DNA of 64,000 nucleotides, from the NCBI GenBank assembly GCA_002633005.1, contig NMRA01000009.1, forward strand, positions 101,138 through 165,137. Reading direction: 5' to 3'. Source of the DNA: Phoronis australis. Lineage: Eukaryota; Animalia; Phoronida. Below, in pieces: positions 14,240 through 27,509 of the stretch (position 1 is its first letter; each line of letters opens with the position of its first letter). The notes under the pieces are model-generated. The model was not told where the DNA came from. It did no database searches and was given only the letters and a program-made list of their open reading frames with translations. A program made the position numbers and the translations under genes.

Positions 14240-16632
14240 CTTAGCCACTCGCCCAGTCGCCAATGCGAGTAAAAATAGGGCTAGATCGCCCAGGTGGCAA
14301 GCGAATTTTCTCAGCGCAATAAACACTCTATCATTTCCCAGATGAAAATCAATAAATTTTCTCTTCCCTGAGCTGCTTTTATCATGAATTTAAGGTTAAG
14401 TTTGGTCCACATCTCGATGCTCCAGCAGAAAAAAATATCAAAGCAGTGCGCTCGTACCGAGTCAGTAGGACTAGAGTTAATCGTTGCGATTTGTCTAAAA
14501 GCCACAGTGTGTGGTCGTGCACAAAGGAGTTTTTGAACGTAGTTCGAAACGAAGAAAAAGGGGGGAAAGAGGGAGGACAGTCCATGTGCCCACAGCGAGT
14601 GAAATTCCATATTTCTTGGAACTGACTTCTTATTGTACTGTGTAATTTTAGCCAAGGTTATTTAATAAATAATAACATTGAAATTAAATATAGATTTCAA
14701 TGATGTCCTTGTTATCGTTATTAGCAAAATATCGGAATTTTTTAGCTAGATTGATCGTATAGAGTCTATTTGGTGCGGCCATAAGATTTCCAGGTGCAAA
14801 GACTATTTTTCTGCATTTTGGTCCAGCCATATGATTTAGCAGTACAGTACAGCACAACGTTACTCGGTGTGGCCACTAGCAACACGATGAATACCCCACC
14901 CCTTGAAAACTGTTCTAGTTCACAAAGTCCAGGCAGAATCATGATACGCACGTTGAGTTGTGCATGATTGGTGCACATGCTATCGTCTTGGGTGTTTTCA
15001 TTTTCATTTGTCAAGCAGACCAATGTGATGTTTTTGGAGGGAGTTCGCCCTCCTTCTCAGCAAACTACGGCGGAAAAAAGAAACCATCACGCCGATTATG
15101 AGGAAAACAAGAAAAGGTGTGATTAAACGTGCAGATTTGCAGACAGGGCGGCCCTGGCTTCAAGACACGGAAGACGGCATGCAGTTTTAATTAAAATGTA
15201 GTTACTACGTTGGATGACATATCATCTTGCGTAGCCAGCCAGACAGCTAGTGTATAGCCAGCCAGCATAGCTAGTGTATAGCCAGCCAGCATAGCTAGTG
15301 TATAGCCAGCCAGCCAGCCAGCATAGCTAGTGTATAGCCAGCCAGCCAGCTAGCTGTATGATGACTATTGCTGAGCTGCTCGTCACCTCGCCATGAAACT
15401 AGTTTCAACAAGTACAGCTAGACTGGCGAGGGTGCATTAAAAATTTGGGAGTCAACCGACACTCACCTTGCCCGTTACAGCAGTTTAAGTGAAGAACATT
15501 CTAATAAACGTCATTTTATTGCGTAGTTCTCTGCCTTTTGTAACAAAGTTTATTTATTTATCTAAACATCATTCAACAAAGAATGGACTCACCGGAGACA
15601 GCCCAAGAGTTGTTATCTCTGCGGCGAAGGATGTTAAAGTTGAGTCCCGATGAGTTGCCAGCAGTCACTGGTACGGTGCGCGGCTTTAGACGCTCTGCGG
15701 CTGGGTTAAAGATCTTTTATAGGCCTAACTATCCCCAATTCCCGTACCAGGATGAATTTCAAAAAATAACTTGACTTGGCTGCGTCAGATGTGATATGCG
15801 ACGTTGATGTTGAAATTGCGCCATATTTTTTATGTTGATTTCCTTTGTTGGTTTATAATTCATATATTGCAATGTAGGCATCCTGGGGAGGCTTGGATGT
15901 ATTTCGTCGTTTTGAAAACAGTATGCTCGTGACACACGCACACGCCATTTCCTAAAGTTTTGCGACATCTCTCGGGAGATGATGACAGCTTCGCAGCAGC
16001 AAAATTTGTTCTGAAATTCCGTTTGATGGTATTAAAATATTAAAAACTTATAATGAAGAGAAGCAAATTGCGATAATTTGGTGTGGCGTGTACGGAACCT
16101 TGTGAAAGAACAACAGTTGATTGTAGAATTGACGAAAAAAAAAAACTGGCCAATGGGTTACGCAATATTTCATGGTGCTGAAAGCCAACGCAAAAAGATT
16201 GTGCCACAATTTTAACAGCAGAATAACGGTAGAACGCCAACTTTTTCAAGAACGGTAAATAATTTAGTGTAGGGTGTAGTTTTTAATGATGCTAATTTTG
16301 TGTCAGATTTTATCTGGTCATTTTTTACCCACATCCGCGTGAAGCTGCATATTAGTATATAGCTGTGCTAAGCCCAAGGCTACGTCTTGCGTTGCTGGTA
16401 ATTCATCGACGTCGAAAGTTTCTCGGTAGGAATTCTGCAATTTCTAAAAGCGACACTAGCCCTAGTAGATGGTGACCAGCACACAAAACAATCATTTTTA
16501 TTGACATTGGCAGCAAGTTTGTGGTGACTGATGTGAAACGACCGGGCGACTGAACTTTGGGCTCGGCGAGTAGATTTTCTGGATCACTCGCCCAGCGGGT
16601 GAGTGGGGTTATGAAACCTGGGTATATCACTG
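14240..16632. mobile_element. Dispersed DNA-transposon-like repeat family R1 (copy 1)
   Basis: Homologous in inverted orientation to 49759-53932 (e.g. ORF tracks 14766-15023 and 53117-53341 nearly identical); terminus CAGTGATATACCCAG at 16632 matches CAGGGGTATACCCAG at 49759. Confidence 0.75.
15232..15355. repeat. 24-bp tandem repeat inside R1
   Basis: AGCCAGCCAGCATAGCTAGTGTAT units. Confidence 0.8.
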
Positions 16633-18984
16633 TGTTACACTGATGATGCAAAAGCAATAAACTTTCCAAGTTTCCATGAAAATCCTCAATACATAAGTGA
16701 TGATGTTTCAACAGGTGAATAAAACTCATAAAATATGTTATGCATAAAAACATCAGCTGCACTTTGAGGAACTTTTCTACAAATGAGAATTTTACGATAA
16801 TTTGGAGAAACACACCTTACACATCAATATCAAGCGTGAAATTAATAATGATTTAATACACCCAGAAGACAGAAATATGAGTGTTAATAATAAGAGAGCA
16901 TCCAACAAAGGTCTTACCTTGTCCAACCACAGTACTAATATTACCACACTTCCCATTTTGTTTGGAATATTTCTCATGTAAATATTTCATTAGACAATAG
17001 ATTAAATACAATAACACTACTCAGCCACAGCTGAGAACAAAAGAAGAAAATGAGGCAACCTTATACTCACTACACTACCTCCAGGTAGAGGGTACATAAC
17101 CTCACTGTACTACCTCCAAGTAAAGGGGCCATAACCTATATCATACAGTCTGGGCACTTGGGAAACACAAAACATTTATAAAGTAAAACTTTCAACACTC
17201 GTGATGAAACAATATTTCAAAACAAAACTGACTATCTAATTTGTGTAAACAAACACTTTTTCTCCAAACGTCATCACTCATCAAACAGAACTGTGTTTTC
17301 AGGGCTCGCTAGGTATACCGTAGGTTTTAGAGTCTTAGTAAGAAGCAAGACCAGCAGACAGCTGCTCAGTTTAATAAAAAATACACTCAAATTAAAGTAT
17401 GGAAATGAAAAAGTATTGCAAGAGTTTTCACCGATTATTGCCCTCACAAATACGTAAATGTTACCACGTAATAAAGACTTTAGCGGCTGAACCTCCAACA
17501 GAATGCATATCGACATTGCATCTTTCTAAGGTTTCTACTAAAAGGATAGTCATTGAAAATTTTAGTACGTTTTAGTATTTTTATATTTTGACTATTATCC
17601 ATTTTATCTAACAAAAATGGCAAAACACAAAAAAATCATTCAAAACCGACAACAAAAAATTAATGCACGAAGTCCCTCAACATTTGAAGTCGCAACAATA
17701 AAAGTAGCAATAAGAAAGAAGGTATCATAGGTTAGCAATTGGTGATATAGCATTGAGGGATGTCATGTATGGATGATTGATGAGGGTAGATTAGCAGGCA
17801 GGCAGCCTCTGACACTCAGTCATGGCACAATGGTGCTAATATGATGGACTTCAGGTCAGTACCAGCCAGTTGTCACACTCTAGTCATTTTTCAAAACACT
17901 TCCTGCAACATTCCTAATTATTACTGAACAGAAGTGCTACCACCATGTTTTACAAATATTTTCAATTGCTAAGAACCGACTTTTATTTAAAATAGTCAGT
18001 TATTGTTGCAATATAGAACAATAAACGTGGCTTGCTTGAGCCATGTGTGACAGTGTTTTAATGTTATTCGCCACCAATTAAAAGTGGTGTGCCTTTTATG
18101 TAAACAGTTAGCCAGTAAATGTAATTTGACACCATTCTGTAACTTAGAAAACACAAAAGACACAAAATTGGAATTCTAGGAGATACAAAGTGTATATTCT
18201 GAGAAGAAAATGTTGGAAACTGCATGCACTTTGTGAACTAAACCCTGATTGAGATAATGAAACTCATTTTCTTAACTAAAACTTGAAATTAACAGAAAAT
18301 ATGTTCATTACTTTACACAAATGCTCACAACAAGAAACCTTGTAGACTAGACTACGATCAGGTCCCCTTGGGGAAGAATCAATGCTTTACTTCAAGCAAC
18401 AAATTTAGAAAGAGTGAAATGGTACAAATGTAAGTACATTCCTTTTGAGAGACTAAGTACATAATACATGAGGCGTTTTTAATCAAAAGTATTGGTTAGA
18501 CAAGGATTAACACCACAAAAACTCTGACAAGTCGTTTAAAAATGCAAAAATAACTTGACATGCTATTGTACAAAAAGACACATCATTAAAACATCAAAGA
18601 TAACTTTAGGAGCACATTTTGATGCAATGTAACTTGGGTTCAACAGGCACATTAAAATTTTGCCATAATAATGCCAATTCATTTAGTCTGCAATAATATG
18701 TGTTGCATTTCGATTCTAACATAATGGCAATGCAGTGCAGCTGATCAAAACTAATGTTAGTGTCCAAAACAACAATGTTTGTCTTAGAGTGCCTAACATA
18801 TTATGAAAATACAGATCTCAAATATGGACTTATTTTCATTAAACTGAAATGCAGGTAGCCATTTACAAACATACATGCTAAAGTAGCCAACAAAATCACA
18901 TAGTAAAATGTCACCCTCACTAAAAATTTGAAATAAAAAAGACAGAAAATATGGTCGTCACCCATAGGTCTCCCACACGGGTAA

Positions 18985-19095
18985 AAGCAAGAACTCAATA
19001 AGTCGCGTGGAACATTTAAGCAATTTAAGCAAGAACTCAATAAGTCACGTGGAACATTTAAGCAAGAACTCAATAAGTCACATGGAACATTTAAG
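18985..19095. repeat. 33-bp tandem repeat x3
   Basis: AAGCAAGAACTCAATAAGTCACGTGGAACATTT units. Confidence 0.85.
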
Positions 19096-21290
19096 CCCAC
19101 AAACAACCCAATGAGATAAACTAGTTTCTATTGAAATCGGAAAAAAGAAGGACCTTTCTTTGTTAGGAATTGGCCAACATTTTTTTACCCATAAATATGT
19201 TTTTATAAAATAATTCCTGAGATATGTCCATTATTCATGCAAAGACATTAACGTTTTAAATAAATATTGAACCTACCTGTGATCGGTAGAAAACGATTTA
19301 ATCTAGCACATATTGTGAACCATCTATTTACACTAAGATATTGAAAGAGTTCAAAAATACCGAAGTTAACCAAGACTGTTGGAAGAAGCTTACCATTATA
19401 TGGAGCCAAAATACAGACATGTTCCCATAAACTACAATACACCAGTTAATATCAGCATTATGAAGGCTGTCTAGAAATTAATATAAGATATAATGGAACA
19501 CCTTGGCAGAGTGTGCAGGTCTGTCACATGACTGAGTGACAGGTATCTTGGTGGGTACAGACATCAAGTGTATTTCACACCTTTCCTTGACTCCTGACAT
19601 ATCAATAAAGACAAACTGACCTAACACAATGTACCTGAGAAATGTACATCACACCTCAAATCCTGACTTCAATTCAAATGCAAAGCCAAATTTGAGCAAA
19701 TACAAAAGAAAAACAATGAGTCTTGAACAGAATTTGTTGACAGTATTTTAAAAATTTTGACAACACAAAGAAACTAGTCTTTCACGAAAACTCTAAAGCC
19801 TGGTAGTATTACTTGAGATACAAATTGGTTGTGAATAATCACATGATGGCCTTAACAATTCTATTAGTGTGTCACCTTTGGGGTGAGACTCAGAGGGGAA
19901 ATGGTGCCAATTTGGGTCAATACATAATCAATAAGTCTAGTCTAACTGGGATTGTTGAACTACTCCAGTAAAATGGCCACACCAGCCCCTGTAGGAGATT
20001 CACTTCATAAAGGTCCAAGAGCGACATATAAGATACCAATTTTTTCCAATCAACCGAATGCCAAAATTTGGGCAGTTAAATCAAAACATAATGTGGGAAC
20101 ATTTGAACGCCAGTTTTTAAACATAGGCCAAAAGGTGTGTCTCACATTAAAGAGAAAAGAAGGACCATTTCACCACAGGCACCAGGTGTCTTGTTTTTGG
20201 AAATGACCACAACTTAAAGACCATCAATGGACAAAGTTTGGAAGTGACCACAGCTTAAAGACAATCCCCAGACAAATTTTTGAAAACAAAAAACAATGCA
20301 GAAGCAAACCAGAGAAATATCAATAACTGAATTGAAAATAACAAAATTTTAGTTCCGAAATTTCCTACCAATTTTGAAACCTGATAACAGGTGGGGTTTA
20401 CTAGAGTCAGTGTCTCATTAAATAATTAACTAGAATCTTATATATGTGCCTCAGTAATTCTATACTAGTAATCTGAAATGTAAAAAGTTAACCTTAAACT
20501 GGGACAAGTTTTATTAAAATTCCATTTATCAGTGAGTGTCCAACACATGTGGCAACGGTGATTTATTATACCTAAATGTCAGATGTGTTCTATAAATCAT
20601 CTCACATGGTTTAATATCTTTTTGATTCATTTCTGCTAAAATGTGCAATATAAGGGCAACAAAGCCCTTGTGACTGTCAGCTAAACACACAAAGCAGTTT
20701 TAAAAGATTAAAAGTGGAATAAGTTTTACAGAATTCACTGACAATTCTGTAAACTTAAAGGTAAAAAGGAATTGCAGAGATCATACAAAACAATAATACA
20801 TTGAGTCTTGAGACCACTACAGTCTATCAGATAAGGTCAAGGTCACTCAATAAACCAAGGTGATTTGAAAAAGAATCTGGGGGAAGGGTCCTGCTTGGAC
20901 AGACATTGGCAACGGTCAAAATACAAGTGTGAGACAATTAGAGCCTCTTTCGCTTGACCCAATTATTAATTTTGGTATGCAAGAGAGGCTGAGTTTACAG
21001 AGAATAAACGTAATTTATTTCATTCATGAACATTTTGAGAACCTACTAATTTAATGTCATCTAGCGACAACTTGTGTTTAATTATGTCAGCGCTATATCG
21101 AAAAATGAGTAGTGGCAATGAAAGTGAACTTGTTAATTGAAAAGTCGCCAATTGATTAATCAGTTTGGACGGCTACATTAACACTATATAAGCCTAGTCA
21201 TTGATCAGTGGTGACGAATTTTTTGAAAATGATCCACCTGCGAAGATATGACAGCTGACATTAGCATGACAAGACCACAAAACACAAAGA

Positions 21291-21452
21291 ATCTTCAGAC
21301 AAACTTCAACACAGCATACAACACAATGAACATATAACACAACTATCTTCAGACAAACTTCAACACAGCATACAACACAATGAACATATAACACAACTAT
21401 CTTCAGACAAACTTCAACACAGCATACAACACAATGAACATATAACACAACT
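21291..21452. repeat. 54-bp tandem repeat x3
   Basis: Near-perfect ATCTTCAGACAAACTTCAACACAGCATAC... units. Confidence 0.9.
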
Positions 21453-21600
21453 TATTAGCTAACTCCTCCATTAGTTATCCACAAAATAATGGTGAAGAAC
21501 ACATACATAATCAAATACATAATCATATGTAGAGGAAGATACAGCTGTCAATATCAATGGCAGAGCTAAGACTGACAATGCAGGTTTTAGGCCAAAGTAA

Positions 21601-21767
21601 TAACAGAAAATAGATAACAAGTGCTTTGGCCATAATCAATGTTATGTTTACAATACACACACATCCAAACGTTTCGTTTTAACTCAAAACGAAACGTTTG
21701 AACATGAGCGTATATTGTAAATATGACATCGATTATTGCCAAAGCGATTGTCATCTATTTTCTGTTA
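21601..21767. repeat. Imperfect palindrome, possibly Penelope-derived
   Basis: TAACAGAAAATAGATAAC ... GTCATCTATTTTCTGTTA arms, centre AAACGTTTCGTTTT-AACTC-AAAACGAAACGTTT. Confidence 0.6.
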
Positions 21768-23807
21768 AAGCAAAGGTTATTTTGACAGCTATACTTGGTA
21801 CCGGTGGTTTTATACTTGTGCATTTAGTATTAATAATTAGAGCCTAGTCATTATGAATAATTAATAGATCTAACTAGCTTGAAATCATTGTGGAGTGCCA
21901 TATAGATAAATATCACATACAAACACTAGTAACTGAAACAGCTGAACAATGTGCCCATGTGGGTGAGATTATTCACTAACAAATAACTTACTCAACAGAC
22001 ACAATAGACGTATTTGATTTTATCACCTGTCAACAACAAAGGCATAAAACAAAAACAATAACCAGAAAAACTGACAAGCTTAGAAGGCAAATATCAACTT
22101 CTGTTGGACTGCTTTGGAAATAGTTTATACACAAAAGGAAACTTGTCAAAACATTTTTCAGGATATCTAATGGCATGTTATCCTGCTTATCCATCTACGA
22201 AGCTACTTAGTGCTTTTTGAGTTTTCGAAAGAGTTTCAACGAAAGTTGTCAATAGCAGACATTTTTGTTAATTCACAAAATACTCCACTGCTATACTAGT
22301 TAATTGTTATGTGTCCTAAATGTCTTCAGTACTAGTTATCTATTGGCCATCAGATATGTGTTATTCAGTGAAGACTGTCTTCTTCACCTCAAATCATATC
22401 CAGGGTGCTTATTTGTGAAAATGTGTACGGTGGAGCCAGGAAACTATTACCAACAGATATCAACACGATACCAACACCGTAACCAAACTTAATTTCTACT
22501 CTTCCTTAAAATAATGAATTAAACAACTGGTTTCCATTACAATACAGAATCAAGCAGAATCTCATGTAAGATTTCATTTAAGCACCTTCTACAATACTCA
22601 TACACCTCAAGTACATTGGAAACAAAATTTTATTGTTAAGAAGGGGTGGCATCCCAATAACAGTGAGGTATATTTGTTTGACTTTTGGCCCCGAAGGCTA
22701 TCTGTGTGATATACCCCCCAGGCTTATAGAACCTCCAACGTTCACATTTGCCAGTCACGGAGATGTTAACTGAAGCCAATAGTATCCTTGCACAACTATC
22801 AACTGATCAAGACGGTAATCAGCTCAGGAACGCCACAGTGCACTTTGGAAGGTGTGCGTGCGCTGGAGCGAAACACACTAAATGACACCAGCCTGTGTTG
22901 TTGGCCATGTGCATATTAATTACCAGTATTGGTAGCTAAACACATAGCTATGACGCCAGAAGATTGATGGACCGATCAAGGTAGGCTCAGTACACTCTGC
23001 GCTTGGCCAAGTAGGCAATATTCACCGCAGACTACGTTTTTTGCGTCATTTGATGCAAGTATGGTAAGGCATATATCCACACTGAGTTTATGGATGCGTC
23101 ATCTTGGACGTAATTTTGCGACGTTGAAGGATAGAAAACTTAAGAAATAAAAAACTAGTTTCTTTTCTGGCTTATCCTTACCTATTTTACATTGATAAAA
23201 GTACCAGCAGGTTGGCCTAATTGTTCCCCAATGTACACTATTCACAATTCTGGGCTGTCTTAGTGATTTCTGAATTGCCTTCACAGATCCCAAGAAACTG
23301 AAATGGACCTCAAAAACTTTAGAAGGTGGATCCATTAGACCCCAGTGTTTGGAAGTGCAGGATAGGTCACAATGAGATCCATCCATGATCAACCTGTGAA
23401 AGTTTTACTTCTCCTCTGTTATGTGGAACAGGAGAACACTATGAAAAGAACTTACATGGTTAGAGAGGCACAAATTAAACTGAAGCTCTCATTTTGTCAG
23501 TATGGGAGCCAAACTTGACAACACAACAATGTAGAAGATGATAAACAAAATTTAATTATATCATTTCCATTTGCATTTTTAAGTTCCAAATCAATTGGCA
23601 CACTGAATAGCACCTATAATTCCTCAAGCTGTGTCCAGTGACAAATAACATTCTCCCCTCACAGTGGAGTGAAAGGATGAAAGGATAGTGCTAAGCTGCC
23701 TCCACCACTTCTGTTCAGATTGGCAGTTACCACGAGGCGAGGGATGAATGGATTGTCACACCAACATCAAATCACATGTGTAATTTTTCCCAGAGGGGCT
23801 TTTGTGC

Positions 23808-24024
23808 CTGGTCACTGTGGTCCTGGGACAACTTGCAGTTGTAACATATCTCTACACAATTTCTGGTCACTGTGGTCCTGGGACAACTTGCAGTTGTAAC
23901 ATATCTCTACACAATTTCTGGTCACTGTGGTCCTGGGACAACTTGCAGTTGTAACATATCTCTACACAATTTCTGGTCACTGTGGTCCTGGGACAACTTG
24001 AAGTTCTAACATATCTGTACACAA
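23808..24024. repeat. 55-bp tandem repeat x4
   Basis: CTGGTCACTGTGGTCCTGGGACAACTTGCAGTTGTAACATATCTCTACACAATTT units. Confidence 0.9.
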
Positions 24025-24693
24025 CTTAGGTTTCCAAGTGTTCCAGGAAGTAAGAATTTTGCATGTAATTACATAAGGATGCTACAAACCAGTGACAAGA
24101 TGTCAACAACAGCCCAAATGGGAGACATCAACTGATGACCAAATCTTTCCATAACAAATATCCCTGACAGAAAGCACATGTTCCCCAAGTAAATCCTCCA
24201 TCTATCACAACAGAGGCCAGAGGTGATGACCTTCTTCCACAAGGTGGCGCTCACCCTATCATGACCTAGCAGAGACCCTTGCAGCACTTGAATAATGGCA
24301 CTTAAAATAACCACACACTTAAAATAGCCATGTTGGTCACAGCATAAATAGTTGTTGAAAGGTTTGGAGGCTGTTTGGATGCTTTTTAAACTAGTACAAC
24401 TTGCTCCACTTGCGACAATTTACTCCACATTATCACCCTATGGTAACTTTTTCTAGGGTAACTAGCGCCACTTCTAATTGCTATGTGGCCTCAAACCTGG
24501 AGCAAGGCAGTAGTAATCACCAGTTGTGGTTACATACAGACTTTCTCTTTTTTTGTGCTGTGTTCGCATCAGCAGTCCACTGTCATGCTTAGTGCGATAA
24601 CATCCGCCTTGCGCTAGTTATCAAATGTGTGCACGCGAGGACGCCACATTTACAGCAGGGCAAGTTGCATAAGTGCAAGTTGTTCTACAGTAA

Positions 24694-25140
24694 AGTCGCA
24701 TTTATACGAGAGACAGCTGCTAACATGGAACAGCTGATCGGGTGCAAATGTGTGTGTGCCAACATGACTGACACGGAGCAAGTTGACACCACGGCAGCCA
24801 ATTTTTGACACGGGTTTGATAGTTGGAGTGAGTTGTACTCGATCAGTTGCTCCAGTGTCAACTACACATCTAAACACAACTGGGACAGGGCGGAAAGTGA
24901 TCATCCTTCAATGCGCTTGCGCAATAGCGTACATTTGGGTTATCAGCTGGGATTCCACATGGTTTGGTCATTCGCATTTGGACATTCGCTATTGTTTATG
25001 CGAGCATGCGTAGACAGTTTTCGTGTAAGCTGACTCATGTTGATCTAGTTTGTGATCAAATGTGAAAATGCGACTTAAGTGGAACAAGTCATGCTGTGAC
25101 AACTGACATGGCCAGAACTGTCTCTTGTGTAAACGTGGCT
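24694..25140. mobile_element. Harbinger-like MITE
   Basis: TAA|AGTCGCATTTATACGAGAGACAG ... CTGTCTCTTGTGTAAACGTGGCT|TTA; a related fragment lies at about 32965-33200. Confidence 0.6.
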
Positions 25141-26058
25141 TTAGTCTGTGTGTGGACAGCATTTTAGACATGTATAACATGGAACTCTAGTGCATGAATT
25201 AAACGTACTATGTGAGTGAGAACTCAGAAGAAGGTGTCACATTTTAGACATGTTTGTGGGCCAAAGTAATGCCCATTACACTTTGAAGACCGGTTCAGAA
25301 GTTCTGATAAAATGTTTGGTGTGACCGAGTCCCTGGTGGAACATAACTAAAAAAATGTCGAGCAAAGGTTGAAAAATGGTGAACAAATGGTGAGCAACAT
25401 TCAAAAATGATGAACAAGGATAAAAAATGATGAACAATACTCAACAATGGAGCAGAACGTTCTAGAATGCTTCATCACAATAATAGAACAACTCTTGAAA
25501 GAAGGGAAAAAATTTCCACATACTGAATGAACATCACATTTCACACATAAGATAACAAAAGTTTATTAACACATTCATGAATCAAAGGTAGCTTTAACAG
25601 CTAGAAATGCTATCAATAGTTACCTGAAACTAATGCAAAAAATCTAAACCACAGTAATAACAGATCACCACCATAATTTCACAGGTTTGGTCCAACTGTT
25701 AGAATACACTACTAATGACATTCTGTATCATCTCCAAAGCCCAAAGGTAAGTTCAAGAATAAGTGAATTTTAAGTTTTAAGAAATCATTTACAAAAGCAA
25801 AAAAATTACTCAAGGGAAAAAAAGCCATCACAGCAATTTGTTAATGTCACCTCAAAATAAGTACAACTTGTTAATGTCACCTCAATATAAGTAGATTTAT
25901 TTTTAACAACAAATAGTAAAACAGAATGGGAGGTAATTCCCATATCTGTTGACAATATTATATATTAAAACATACATTTTCTAATGAAAATCTGAAACTT
26001 TTGTTTAACGTAATTTAGATTTAAAAACACAAAAGATAAATTCCAAGATTTCTAAGTA

Positions 26059-27509
26059 CCGTATTTGTCCTAATAAACGCCTAGGGCACTTAACAAAATT
26101 CGTTTCAGGAAGACAGGAAGGTAGGGTGCTATAATAAGCTTATTACAGCACAAATGTGGTTGAAACCCGGTCTCTGAAACAGGTGAAATCGTAAGCTAGA
26201 ATTCATCAAATTTACGCTCTGTGACGCACCTGTAACCTATGACAGAGTTTCTACAAAATTGCAGAGCATTGCTATCAAACTTTGCTGTTAAATTACGAGC
26301 ATTTTTCAGAAAATCCCAGAGCGAAAACTCGCCAACTGATGCATCGCTACCTCGTGATCGCCGATAGGTCAACTTGAATTCTTGAGTAAAAATATAGTTG
26401 TGACTCAACAAATTACCTGAAGTCCCTAAGATTTTTAAGTTCCTGTGGAGTCAAGATTAACTGCCATATTAAGTCCAAATCTGCACTAGATCGTACTCCG
26501 CAACACAAGAAAAATCTCTGGATGAACACACGTTGTTGTCACGTGATGCTTGTTTTGAAGTTCATCTCCGTGTGTGAGTGAGCGAGCACATGCGTGTCAT
26601 CAGAGTTCATTTGCCAGAGTAAACGCGATTTAACGATCTAAGTGTGCATTGTAACTAAGGAAATTAACACAAGCAGTAAAGCAGAACGTGTTTTATTTAG
26701 CACTTTTTGATCTCATCTGCTAAAAAATGTTCGAGAATTGTCTCGGTAAGGTTGATATCACTGAGTCGCCGGGTGACTGAATGCTTGACAGTCTAACAGT
26801 TATTCAGGGGGTGTAAGGGTGCGGAAATGTTCACTATCAGAGGGTCATTTTGATTTTAAAAACACCAATTACGACCAATTTAATAATTCCTCCTAAAAAT
26901 AACTTTAAAGTTTTTTACGGTATTAGATAGTTTCAGAAATAAGTGCCAGTATTTATTTCTTGCCATTGCTATAGTATGTTACCCGTTTCATGAACAGATA
27001 GTTCCCGAAGACTAATCTTCGATGACAGGTACTTGAATGTAGCGCACGCTTCCTGGCCATGTGCTTTTAACGAAGGTCAAGTTTTTATTAGTCTTCAATT
27101 CCCAGTTTTCATGTGTTCAAAAAAAAAATTGGATTTCTGTTGAAGGAGAAGATCTGTATGGGAAAGATACAATTACAATCCCGTTGACAAGTACACTATG
27201 TCTATACTGAAAGGTCAGACCATAATAGGACACGTCCCTCGCAAGATCACCTAAACTTTTGTGTTCTTTTTGAAGCATGGCGGAAATTTGAAGTGTATAG
27301 TCACGGCTAAATACCGACATAACGGCGAGGCTCGTAGTCTACAAAATCCACGCACAATGATTTTTTCAGGACTGTCAGATCTTATTGATCAATTGAAGAC
27401 ATTACTGTAGAATTTTAGAACTGAAGGTAAGGCATTTTTCGCATGTACACGGCATTCTTGGACTGGGGCACGCTTATAGGGGCCTAGGCGCTAATTAGGG
27501 CAAATACGG
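26059..27509. mobile_element. Non-autonomous Tc1/mariner/pogo-like DNA transposon
   Basis: TA|CCGTATTTGTCCTAATAAACGCCTAGG ... CCTAGGCGCTAATTAGGGCAAATACGG|TA; CpG-rich interior. Confidence 0.8.

Noticed and set aside
15583-15900. Possible protein relic (CYLC...ICD, zinc-finger-like) in repeat R1
   Set aside because: Interrupted by stops; I cannot support homology to any family without a search.
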